NCBI GenBank assembly: GCA_963665115.1
Contig: OY762007.1
Span: forward strand, 4,480,001-4,544,000
Origin: an uncultured Rivularia sp.
GTDB taxonomy: Bacteria; Cyanobacteriota; Cyanobacteriia; Cyanobacteriales; Nostocaceae
Length of the DNA stretch: 64,000 bases
Direction: 5' to 3'
The translations under genes were made by a program, and so were the position numbers. The stretch's first letter is position 1. Each line of letters starts with the position of its first letter. Shown here piece after piece: positions 54,028-64,000 of this stretch. The notes beneath the pieces were generated by a model. The model did no database searches, was not told the DNA's origin, and worked only from the letters and a program-made list of their open reading frames with translations.

Positions 54028-55630
54028 ATGAAAAACCAGCAAAAGAACTTCACCTTTAAGTATTTCAAGCCAGTAAAAGCAGTAATAATAATATTGATGC
54101 TTGTATTTAGCTTGCAGTTTACACATGCAATGGCTCAGTCTAATCAATTTGCTCCTGTAGCTATTGATGGTAAACAACTTTTCCGAGTTAGCGATACTAA
54201 TAGTGAACCCGCAAAAAAAAGGGCTGAATACATTAATCAGATTATTAAAGATGCTGTAGAATCCCAAAAAATCCCAGAAATAAGGGTTAAAGAAGGCGAA
54301 CAATATGCAAGAATAATAGTTGATGGTAAACCTATTACCGTTACAAATAAGGACGTGCTTTCTGCTGAAGATGCTAATAAGCAAGCTTACGTCTGGGCAG
54401 ACACAATTCGTCAAACAATAAACAAAGCCATAGAAGAAAGGAGTGAAAATTTTATTCGTAATACATTAATTTTAAGCTCCATTCTTTTGGTACTAACAAT
54501 AGCGCTTCATTTTGTTTTAGGGAAGGTATGGGAAATATTGCTACGTAATGTTTCTCCACTGGTAACTTCTGAGGATTCATCCGACCAAAATCAACAAAAA
54601 AATAGCTTAAACATACTGTCAAAAGCTACGTTGTTTTTAGCGCGAACGGCACTTTGGGTAGGTGTAGCTCTTTATATTACTAATCTATTTCCTTTAACGC
54701 GAAAATGGAGTTTTGATATTGCCGGTAGTATACAGAAAAGCCTGACTTCACCAATCTTTAAAGACTTTTCAGTTACAGGCATTTTAATCTTAATCGGTTT
54801 ATTTTTAGGGTTAATTGTACTTTCGGGTGCTGTAACTAATATATTGCGATCGCGAATTTTGCGAGTGCTGCGAATCAGTCGAGGAGCGCAAGAAGTTATT
54901 GCAATTGTTTTTAAATATACGTTTATTGGAGTAGGTTCAGTTGTTCTTCTGCAAATCTTCGGAGTTGATTTAAGTTCTTTAGCTATTTTAGCCAGTGCTT
55001 TGGGTGTTGGTATCGGTTTTGGTTTTCAAGACATAGCTAAAAACTTTGGTAGCGGACTTGTATTATTATTTGAAAGACCTATTCAAGCGGGTGATTTTAT
55101 TGAAGTTGCAAACTATATGGGAACTGTAGAAAGTATTGGTGCCCGTAGTGTAACGATTCGTACTTTAGACAGAGTTTCGATAATTGTACCAAACTCGCGT
55201 TTTTTAGAAGACGAAGTAATTAATTGGAGTCATCACAATCCGATTTCTCGGATTCACGTACCAGTAGGAGTTTCTTACAGTGCTGATGTCAAAATAGTAA
55301 AAAAAGCACTTTTAGAAGCAGGAAAAAATCATCCTGAAGTGCTTTCAGTTCCTCAACCCCAAGTATTGTTTAGCGGATTTGGTGACAGTTTCTTTAGATT
55401 TTCAGCTATTAGTATGGATAGACGCACCGAGCCATCAAGTATCTATTAAAAGCGATTTATGTTTCCGAATTGAAGCAAGTTTGAAAGAATATAATATTGA
55501 AATTCCATTCCCACAAAGAGACTTACATTTACGTACCGGAGAATTACCTCTCAAACTTTCACCAGAAATAGAACAAGCCTTATTACGAAATTCAGTACAA
55601 CAAAACGGAAAAAATGGGAATGGGGCATAG
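54028..55630 (+). CDS. MscS-family mechanosensitive channel with periplasmic N-terminal domain; apparent +1 frameshift near 55390
   Basis: GVGIGFGFQDIAKNFGSG, IIVPNS, then SLDFQL...IEIPFPQRDL. Confidence 0.9.
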
Positions 55631-55963
55631 AGAATTGGGAATTAGGGATTGAAAATTGATTTCGCTCTGTTTATTTTTACCAAAGTACCTGTAGTGGGAG
55701 CATCTTGCTCCCTATTCTAAAAAATTAACAAATAAAATATTTTCAGGTATCAGTAAATAATATATTTTCAAATACCAATGAACCAAATATAATCATACAT
55801 CAGCAAATAAAATAATTTCCAATATCAATAAACGACATTCGTAAAGGCTAGCAGGCAAGATGCCCGCACTACAAAAAATAAATATATAACTAAAAAGATA
55901 CCCAATTACCAATTACCAATTACCCATGCCCAATGCCCAATGCCCAATTCCCAATGCCCAATA

Positions 55964-57151
55964 TTAAATTGTCACCGGAGCTTCAATATAAATATTCGGC
56001 TCCTGCATGACAAACTCGATACCAAAATTATTCAATTTTTGAGAAACCTTTTCATTTGCTAAATTTAATAATTGTTTTCTCAATTCAAGAGAATTTTGGT
56101 TTGAACCTAAAAGAAAGAAAGTAATTCTAGCTCTAGTATGTTCTGGTTGTAAATCTTTATCGGTAGTAAGATCGGTCATTGATGCATCAATTTTATCAGT
56201 AATATCAGCGTTCGTTGTATGAGTTGAGTTGAAGTCTTCAAAAACTACTTTTGTGCTATCAGGTTGTACCCCAAAAAGTGATTCCATACTGTCTTCAACT
56301 ACTTGTCTTACTAAAGCCTGTCCTTTATCAAGTAGCTTTTGATTGAAGTCAAGGTATAGCAACACCATGACTTTTTTTCCACGGGTTACATTTTCGATTT
56401 CTACATTGGCTAATATAGAATTAGGTACAATCATCAAAGTACTTTTACCAGAAGAACGAATTTTTGTAGAACGAAATCCGATAGATTCAACTCGTCCATA
56501 AATTTCGGCTCCGTAGCTACTCGATGCCGGTAAATGAATATATTCACCTGTAGTAAAAGGTCTATCTAAATATATAACAATAGTACCTAAAAACTGTTCC
56601 AAAGTTTTTTGCGCTGCAAAAGCAACTGCTAATCCACCAATTCCCAAACCAGTGATTAAACCAACTAAATTGAATCTATCGTTAGCAAAAGCTAAAACAG
56701 CAATAAATCCTATAGTCAGATTAACAATAGTTTCAACAATTAATAGTAAATCGTCAGCTTGATAGCCCAATTTACGAATAATAGTCACACCATATGTTCT
56801 AATTAGTTGCCGAAAAACACCGGAAGCTAAAAAAGCAATGCTGAGGATAACTGCTAATTGGAATACATCCTTTAAAAATTCATAGAAGCCTTTATACTCA
56901 GAAATTAGACCTAAAGATAATAAAATTAAGATTGAAGTACCAGCCCATTTTAAGGCTTGACGGTTTGTATAGATTAATTTTTCATAGATATCAGTTACTT
57001 GTGGAGGCAAGAAACGGTTGACAGCTACTTTAATTAGTAAGGGAGTGTATCTTCCGATAAACAAAGAAGCGATAACGCATAAAACAAATATTTCTAAGTT
57101 GCGGATATCTTCTCTTAATACAAAATCAAGTATTTGATTCATAATTTTCAT
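55964..57151 (-). CDS. MscS-family mechanosensitive channel
   Basis: GLGIGGLAVAFAAQ, DRPF, GRVESIGFRSTKIR. Confidence 0.9.
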   Translation of the reverse strand: MKIMNQILDFVLREDIRNLEIFVLCVIASLFIGRYTPLLIKVAVNRFLPPQVTDIYEKLIYTNRQALKWAGTSILILLSLGLISEYKGFYEFLKDVFQLAVILSIAFLASGVFRQLIRTYGVTIIRKLGYQADDLLLIVETIVNLTIGFIAVLAFANDRFNLVGLITGLGIGGLAVAFAAQKTLEQFLGTIVIYLDRPFTTGEYIHLPASSSYGAEIYGRVESIGFRSTKIRSSGKSTLMIVPNSILANVEIENVTRGKKVMVLLYLDFNQKLLDKGQALVRQVVEDSMESLFGVQPDSTKVVFEDFNSTHTTNADITDKIDASMTDLTTDKDLQPEHTRARITFFLLGSNQNSLELRKQLLNLANEKVSQKLNNFGIEFVMQEPNIYIEAPVTI

Positions 57152-57159
57152 AATTAACT

Positions 57160-58261
57160 CTAAATTGTAACTGGCGCATCTACATAGATAGTTGGTTCTT
57201 CTATATTGAAATCGATACCGTATCCTTTCAACTTCTGATTAATAGTTTGTGTAGCCACATCAAGTAATTGCCGACGCAATTCCATCGATACTTTACCAGA
57301 ACCTAATATGAATAAGCTAACTTGAGCTTGAGTCTTTGGTTCGCTATTTTTATTTAGAGTTCTAAAATCTATACGAGTACTGCGTGAATCAAGTCCGAAA
57401 ATATCTTTTGTACTTGTTAAAACAACCTGTTCGATTAATGCTTGCTCTTTGGGTTCAATTTTACGAGTAAAGTTCAAAGAAAGAATTGAAATTACCTTTT
57501 TAGCACCAGAAAAGTTTTCGATACTCATTTGAGTTAGCGAATTATTCGGAATTACTATCACCGTTCCTTTACCAGAAGTCCTAATTTTTGTAGAAACGCC
57601 ATCCAATAGATTCAACTCGCCCAAATGTACCGTCTGGCAAGCCAATATAATCGTCAATATAAAAGGGATGGTCGATATATAATACGACACCACTAAGAAG
57701 CTGCTCTATTGTTGTTTTAGAAGCGAAAGCAACTGCAACACCACCAATCCCTAAACTAGCTAAGAAACTAAATATATTTATATTATGAGTTTGAGCAAAG
57801 AAAATAAATCCGCCAAAAATAATTGCTAAGTAAGCTGTATACTTTCCTAAATTTAGTAGTTCGCTGTTAGCTTTACGACCGCTTTTTAAAGCAGATTCTA
57901 AAATATATTCATCAATATACTTCCCAAATATGCGAGAAAATAACCAGCAAGCTTCTATAGTTAAAATTAAACTAATGATTTTTTCTATTACTGGATAATC
58001 ATCTAGTACGGGGACAAATAAAGCAACAATCTCCATAAATCCTAATCCGAAAGCAAGTCCAATTAATTGTCTGTAAGGTTGCAATAATTTTTCTGTTTTC
58101 TCACCAGCTTCGGAAGAAACAAACAAACCCAAGCACAACTTAGTTATCTGAGGAAAGACACGACCTGTAAAAAATGCTATAAAGCTAAATACTCCGACAA
58201 TAAATGTTAGTTGAATTTTGGCACTAAAAAAAATATTATTCGACAATAATTCCATCATCAA
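57160..58261 (-). CDS. MscS-family mechanosensitive channel; apparent +1 frameshift near 57594
   Basis: ASLGIGGVAVAFA, GRVESIGWR|STKIRTSGKGT; paralogous to the downstream gene. Confidence 0.88.
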
Positions 58262-58831
58262 AAAATCTCCTATATTTAAGGTATGAGTTACTAGATAAAA
58301 TTACCGATAATCCGCGAAAATCTAAATCATTGCGTCTCTACAACGTCTCAGCATATTCCCACACTTGTTTAAAATTTTACTAATTACTAAAAAAAAGTTT
58401 TGAACTTATAGTGTTTTCTAATACCTTAAACAATTTATTGCTGAAAGCATTGAATAAGTATAACCTGGTCTTTAATACAGTTTTTATAGATAGTCTGCCT
58501 TATTACTAAACCACTATAAAGTATTTTCTAAGTACAAAGCCTTTTTGTCTGCCAACCATATTACTTACCATTAATACTGAAAACATTGATGATAGTCAAA
58601 TTAATTGATACATTTCAACCAAAAAAACAGTGATTAATAATAGTTAAAGTAAAAATAAATACTACTATACTTTTTGATGTTTTACGTATGTGAGGGAAAT
58701 AGAGTTCATAAACTGCCTGTTATGGGCAAAAATTACAGCGTTAAGAAAAAATGTACTTATATGTGACTGCTAATCGAGTTAAAGTATTAAGTGCATCAAC
58801 AATTACCAATTAAGGTTATAGCATCAAAATT

Positions 58832-60998
58832 ATGAGCGATGCATATAATAGACTCGCACCTTTTATCCAGGAATATATTTACAATCATAACTGGACGGAA
58901 TTAAGACCAGTACAAGCCGCTGCTTGCAAGGTTATATTTGATACTAATGCCCATTTATTGGTAGCCGCAGGTACGGCTTCGGGCAAAACGGAAGCAGCTT
59001 TTTTACCTGTTTTAACTCACCTTTACGAAAATCCTTCTAAAACTGTAGGGGCAATTTATATAGGTCCAATTAAAGCATTAATCAACGATCAATTTGAACG
59101 TCTTAACGACTTATTAAGAGAAGCCGATATTCCAGTTTATCATTGGCATGGAGATGTTCCTCAAACTAGAAAAAAGCAGCTTTTAAAAAGCCCGTCGGGT
59201 ATTCTGCAAATAACACCAGAATCTTTTGAAAGTTTATTAATTAATAAGCATGAAGATTTAATTCGTCTTTTCGGTGATGTACGTTTTGTAGTCATCGATG
59301 AAATTCATGCTTTTATGGGTACCGAAAGAGGTTGTCAGATTCTTTGTCAGTTAGAAAGATTGGCAAATTTAACTAAAAATCAGCATCGTAGAATCGGATT
59401 GTCGGCGACTTTAGGCGATTATTCTCTTGCCGAAGACTGGTTAAGTTCCGGTACTGACAAATCAGTAATTACGCCAAAAATTGAGGCAGCAAAGCGACAA
59501 ATTAAATTAGCTTTAGAGCATTTTTATGTTCCGGAAAAAGCCGATGCAGAAATTACTGACTGCGACAAATATATTTTTAATTTAAGTCAATCTCGCAAAT
59601 GTCTTATCTTCGCTAACAATAAATCGCAAACCGAATCTGTAATTGCATCTTTACGTCAAATTGCTGTAAGTGAAAGACAACCAGATATTTATCACGTTCA
59701 TCATGGCAGTATATCGGCTTCACTCCGACAAATTGCCGAAAATGCCATGCGGGAACCCCATCAACCTGCGGTAACAGCTGCAACGTTGACTTTAGAAGTA
59801 GGTGTAGATATTGGCTATTTACAGCGAGTCATTCAGTTAGAATCGCCCTCTTCTGTAGCAAGTTTTTTACAGCGTTTAGGGCGCACCGGGAGAAGGGGAG
59901 AACCTGCCGATATGCGCTTTGTTTGTCCGGAAAAGCAGCCACCTTTAGAAGCACCACTTCCCAAACAAATTCCTTGGCAACTTTTACAGTCAATAGCAAC
60001 AATTCAACTTTATTTAGAAGACAAATGGATTGAACCAATTGAACCCATAAAATACCCATTAAGTCTGCTTTATCATCAAACGATGAGTATTTTGGCAGCA
60101 ACAAAAGAAATCTCACCATCTGCTCTTGCCCAAAAGGTGTTTAACCTATCATCTTTTCAATATATATCTCAAGAAAATTATAAATTATTGCTACGTTATT
60201 TAGTTAGCATTGACCATATCAATAAAACTGATTCAGGTAAATTAATACTTGGTTTAGCAGGTGAGAAAATAGTCAAAAGATTTCAATTTTACGCTGTATT
60301 TCCCGAAACTATTGAGTTTAGCGTTAAACATGATTCAACAGATATCGGTACTATTGTTATAGTGCCAAAAGTCGGTAGCCAATTCGGGTTAGCAGGAAAG
60401 ACCCTGGGAAGTCTTAGACGTAGATTTTTCTAAAAAAACAATATTTGTTAAACAAGTAGAAGGGAAAGCCGGTATATTTTGGCGCGGCGGTAATGGTGCA
60501 ATTCACAGCAAAATATTAGAACGTATGCGTCGCGTTTTATTAGAAGATACAGAGTATGCTTATTTGCAAACAAACGCTAAAAAAAGATTACAAGAAGCAC
60601 GTCAATTGGCTTCAGACTTTGAGTTAGATAAACGCAATATAGTCAAATTAGAAAAAGGGAAATGCTGTATTTTACCTTGGATGGGTACCGTTGCTTACAA
60701 CACTTTCCAGAGATTATTAAACAATTTTTGTCGGGAATCATTAGAAATTAAATCTCTTGGTGGAGTTAATCCTTATTTTATGATACTGAAATTAGGAAAA
60801 GGTAAATTTGAACAACTTAACGACGAAATTTTATCTTTGTGCGAACAACGTATAGTCAACGAACATTTAGTTGCAGATGCAGAAGCACCAGAAATACAAA
60901 AATACGATAAATATATTCCTCATCCATTATTACGAACTGCCTTTGCAAGCGATTATTTGAATATGGAAGAAGTTAGACAGCAAGTTGCGCTTTGGTAG
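58832..60998 (+). CDS. Lhr-like DEAD/DEAH helicase (Shango SngC-like); apparent +1 frameshift near 60402
   Basis: GTASGKTEAAFLP, KALINDQ, DEIH, LSATLG, HHGS, QRLGRTGRRG. Confidence 0.9.
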
Positions 60999-61063
60999 GA
61001 GAGATGGGGAGATGGGGATATATTACTTTTAACAACTAACAACTAACTACTAACAATATTCCC

Positions 61064-62647
61064 ATGTACGATTATGTAATTGTTGGTGCAGGCTCTGCTG
61101 GTTGTGTATTAGCCAATCGTTTGACAGAAAATCCTCAAGTAAAAGTATTGCTTTTGGAAGCTGGTAGCCCGGATAAATCTCTAAAATTTAAAATTCCTGC
61201 GGGTTATCCAGATTTATTTAAAACTAAATATGATTGGGCTTTTTATACAGAAAAACAATCTAATTTGAATAACCGTCAACTTTATTTTCCTCGGGGAAAA
61301 GTTCTTGGTGGAAGTAGTTCAATTAATGCCATGATTTATATTCGAGGCAATTCAGATGACTACGATAACTGGCAGAATTTAGGCAATCAAGGATGGAGTA
61401 GTAAAGAAGTACTTACCTATTTTAAAAAAGCCGAAAACCAATCCAGAGGTGCCAACGAATATCACAATATAAAAGGACTTCTTCATGTTACCGATTTGCG
61501 CGATCGCAATATTCTATCTGAGATTTTTCTCCAAGCAGCAATGCAATTTGGACTAATTCACAACAATGATTTTAATGGAATACAGCAGGAAGGAGTAGGC
61601 TTCTATCAAGTTAATCAAAAACAACAGCAACGTCACAGTGCTGCTACTGCTTATTTAAAACCTGTATTATCTAGAAAAAATTTAACTGTTAAAACTAATT
61701 CGCACGTTACACGTATATTATTCTCAGGAAAGCAAGTTATTGGTTTAATTTATAAAAATATAAATATAAATAAAAATACAGAACATGAAATTAAAATCAA
61801 TAAAGAACTTATACTAAGTGCCGGAGCAATTAATTCTCCTCAATTATTGATGATTTCTGGAATTGGCTGTTCCAAACATCTAAAATCATTGAATATTCCA
61901 GTATTAATGGATTTACCTGGTGTAGGGCAAAATTTACAAGACCATTTATTTGTATCGATTGCCTATAAATGTACAAAGCCAATTACCCTAGCTAATGGCG
62001 ATAAACCACATAATCTTCTCAAGTATTTACTCTTCAAAAAAGGAGCATTAACTTCAAATATAGCTGAAGCTGGCGGGTTTTTAAAAACCGCAGAAAATTT
62101 AAATAATGTTAATCTCCAATTACATTTCGCTCCCGGTTGTTTAATAAATCACGGTTTTACGAAGCGTAAAGAACACGGATTTACTTTATGTCCCACTCTT
62201 CTATATCCTCAAAGTAAAGGTAAAATTACTCTACGCTCAAAAAACCCTTTAGAGCCACCAATTATTCAACCTAACTTTCTTGCAAATAAACAAGATTTAG
62301 AAACTCTATTGGCAGGAGTGAAAATAAGTCGTAAAATTTTACAACAACAAGCATTTGACCAATTTAGAGGAGAAGAAATTGTCCCCGGTTCGCAAATTCA
62401 ATCAAATGAAGATATTGATACTTTTATTCGTAATACCGCAGAAAGTTTATATCATCCAGTCGGAACTTGTAAAATGGGTAATGACTCAATGTCGGTAGTT
62501 AATTCAAAACTACAAGTTCATGGACTAAAAGGACTAAGAGTTGTAGATGCTTCGATAATGCCTAATATCATTGGCGGTAATACAAATGCCCCTACAATTA
62601 TGATTGCTGAAAAAGCTGCCGACACGATCAAATCAATGAACAATTGA
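61064..62647 (+). CDS. GMC family oxidoreductase (choline dehydrogenase-like)
   Basis: GAGSAG, GKVLGGSSSINAM, YHPVGTCKMG, GNTNAPTIMIAEK. Confidence 0.92.
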   Translation: MYDYVIVGAGSAGCVLANRLTENPQVKVLLLEAGSPDKSLKFKIPAGYPDLFKTKYDWAFYTEKQSNLNNRQLYFPRGKVLGGSSSINAMIYIRGNSDDYDNWQNLGNQGWSSKEVLTYFKKAENQSRGANEYHNIKGLLHVTDLRDRNILSEIFLQAAMQFGLIHNNDFNGIQQEGVGFYQVNQKQQQRHSAATAYLKPVLSRKNLTVKTNSHVTRILFSGKQVIGLIYKNININKNTEHEIKINKELILSAGAINSPQLLMISGIGCSKHLKSLNIPVLMDLPGVGQNLQDHLFVSIAYKCTKPITLANGDKPHNLLKYLLFKKGALTSNIAEAGGFLKTAENLNNVNLQLHFAPGCLINHGFTKRKEHGFTLCPTLLYPQSKGKITLRSKNPLEPPIIQPNFLANKQDLETLLAGVKISRKILQQQAFDQFRGEEIVPGSQIQSNEDIDTFIRNTAESLYHPVGTCKMGNDSMSVVNSKLQVHGLKGLRVVDASIMPNIIGGNTNAPTIMIAEKAADTIKSMNN

Positions 62648-62969
62648 CAATTATCAAAATCCGCCTTTTTATATTTAATAAATTCATAACTGAGAATTAA
62701 CCCTGTCTGCGACATAAATAGGTATTATGACTTAAGACAGATGCAAAGCACATATTATTGCTAATGAAATACTTAACAGATAGTAATTCTCATCAATTAA
62801 TTTTAAATTAATTTAGTTTTTCAATTTAAATTAAAGCTAGTTAAAAAAAAAACTGTGATGCTGTGATAATCTTATCTACGAATAGACATAACTAGTTTTT
62901 TAATATACTGTTGCTTTCATATTGATTTTGATACGCTAGGAGTATTGAAGTAATGGGCTTAATTGATTT

Positions 62970-63797
62970 ATGCACTGGTTACTGACCGGACGATTAGCTG
63001 TAGAAAAAATAACAGTTCGGATTCCAGATTTGCCAGCATCGTTAAAAGGCATCCGCATAGTGCAAATGACAGATTTTCACTATGACGGCTTACGTTTATC
63101 AGAGAAAATGTTAGAGAAAGCCATAATTGCTAGCAACGAAGCGGAACCCGATATAGTAGTTCTGACTGGTGATTATGTAACTGACGATCCAAATCCGATC
63201 GATAAATTAGTCCTTCAACTCAAGCATTTACAAAGTCGCTGCGGTACCTATGCAGTGCTTGGCAATCACGATATACATTACGCTCATTCAAAAGCAAAAA
63301 TTACATCTGCTTTTACCAGGGTTGGAATTGAAGTACTCGAAAACGAAATTGCTTATCCGTTAGGAAAAGAATTACCACTAATAGGGCTTGGTGAATTTTG
63401 GTCTACTGATTTTAAGCCAGAATTAGTCATGAACCAGTTAAATCCAGCAAAACCGCGCATAGTTTTATCACATAATCCCGATACCGCCGATATATTACGA
63501 CAGTGGCGAGTAGACTTACAACTATCCGGTCATACCCACGGTGGTCATATTGTAATCCCCGGTATTGGCCCTGCGATCGCAGCTTATAGCAATATTGTTC
63601 GCAGTATGCCCAGAAAATTGCGCCGTAAAATGCCATTTGTAAAAACAGAATTTTTCAAAGTAGTCAGAAATTGGCAATGGGCAAAAGGATTTCATCAAGT
63701 CGGCAGCAATCAACTATACGTTAATCGTGGCTTAGGAACCTATTTACCGGGAAGACTTTTTTGTAACCCAGAAGTCACCGTTATTACCCTGGAGTAG
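62970..63797 (+). CDS. metallophosphoesterase (YkuE-like)
   Basis: DFH, GDY, GNHD, HNPD, GHTHGG. Confidence 0.92.
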   Translation: MHWLLTGRLAVEKITVRIPDLPASLKGIRIVQMTDFHYDGLRLSEKMLEKAIIASNEAEPDIVVLTGDYVTDDPNPIDKLVLQLKHLQSRCGTYAVLGNHDIHYAHSKAKITSAFTRVGIEVLENEIAYPLGKELPLIGLGEFWSTDFKPELVMNQLNPAKPRIVLSHNPDTADILRQWRVDLQLSGHTHGGHIVIPGIGPAIAAYSNIVRSMPRKLRRKMPFVKTEFFKVVRNWQWAKGFHQVGSNQLYVNRGLGTYLPGRLFCNPEVTVITLE

Positions 63798-64000
63798 AAG
63801 GAGGGGGAGAGGTAGGAGAGCGGGAGATGGGGGGACAAGGAGACAAGGAGACAGGGTAGAAATAAAACTCCCAACTACTTACTATTCACAACTCACTCCC
63901 AACTACTCACTACTCTCTACTCACTACTTACTACTCACTCCCAACTCCCAACTACTCACTGCTCGCTGTTCACTGAAAACTGGTGATAGACTAAAAGCGC

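Noticed and set aside
33539..58831. Integrative element inserted into the Shango-like operon
   Set aside because: No integrase, att-like direct repeats or compositional boundary seen, and the block contains ordinary chromosomal genes.

Overview
Chromosomal window from a heterocyst-forming (Nostocales, Rivularia/Calothrix-like) cyanobacterium. The evidence is abundant HIP1 (GCGATCGC) sites, heptamer STRR arrays, REP/SDR-like mini-repeats, psbA and PEP-CTERM genes. Housekeeping content: cysK, tRNA-Val(TAC), mazG, proA, psbA (E130 form), the phylloquinone cluster menF/menA/menC/menE/DHNA-CoA thioesterase, a SulP transporter, a DevBCA-type exporter with TetR, a cysteine desulfurase, three MscS channels, a GMC oxidoreductase and a metallophosphoesterase. 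About eleven genes are broken by extra bases in short homopolymers, which looks like long-read error rather than true decay. Highlights: (1) a 333-bp ORF-less IscB-type omega/HEARO RNA element inserted exactly in front of the menA start codon, with ATGA serving as both target motif and start; (2) an orphan APH-kinase/HopA1-like pair (RiPP dehydratase type) preceded by a strand-biased, multi-stem, possibly pseudoknotted leader RNA; (3) a Shango-like defence trio split by 25 kb, with a DUF262-HEPN module inside the gap; (4) a DUF4007/SspB remnant next to the tRNA; (5) a TetR-RHH fusion flanked by two kinds of palindromic sites; (6) three different repeat types embedded in-frame in menE. All calls come from reading the sequence by eye; no searches or folding programs were run.
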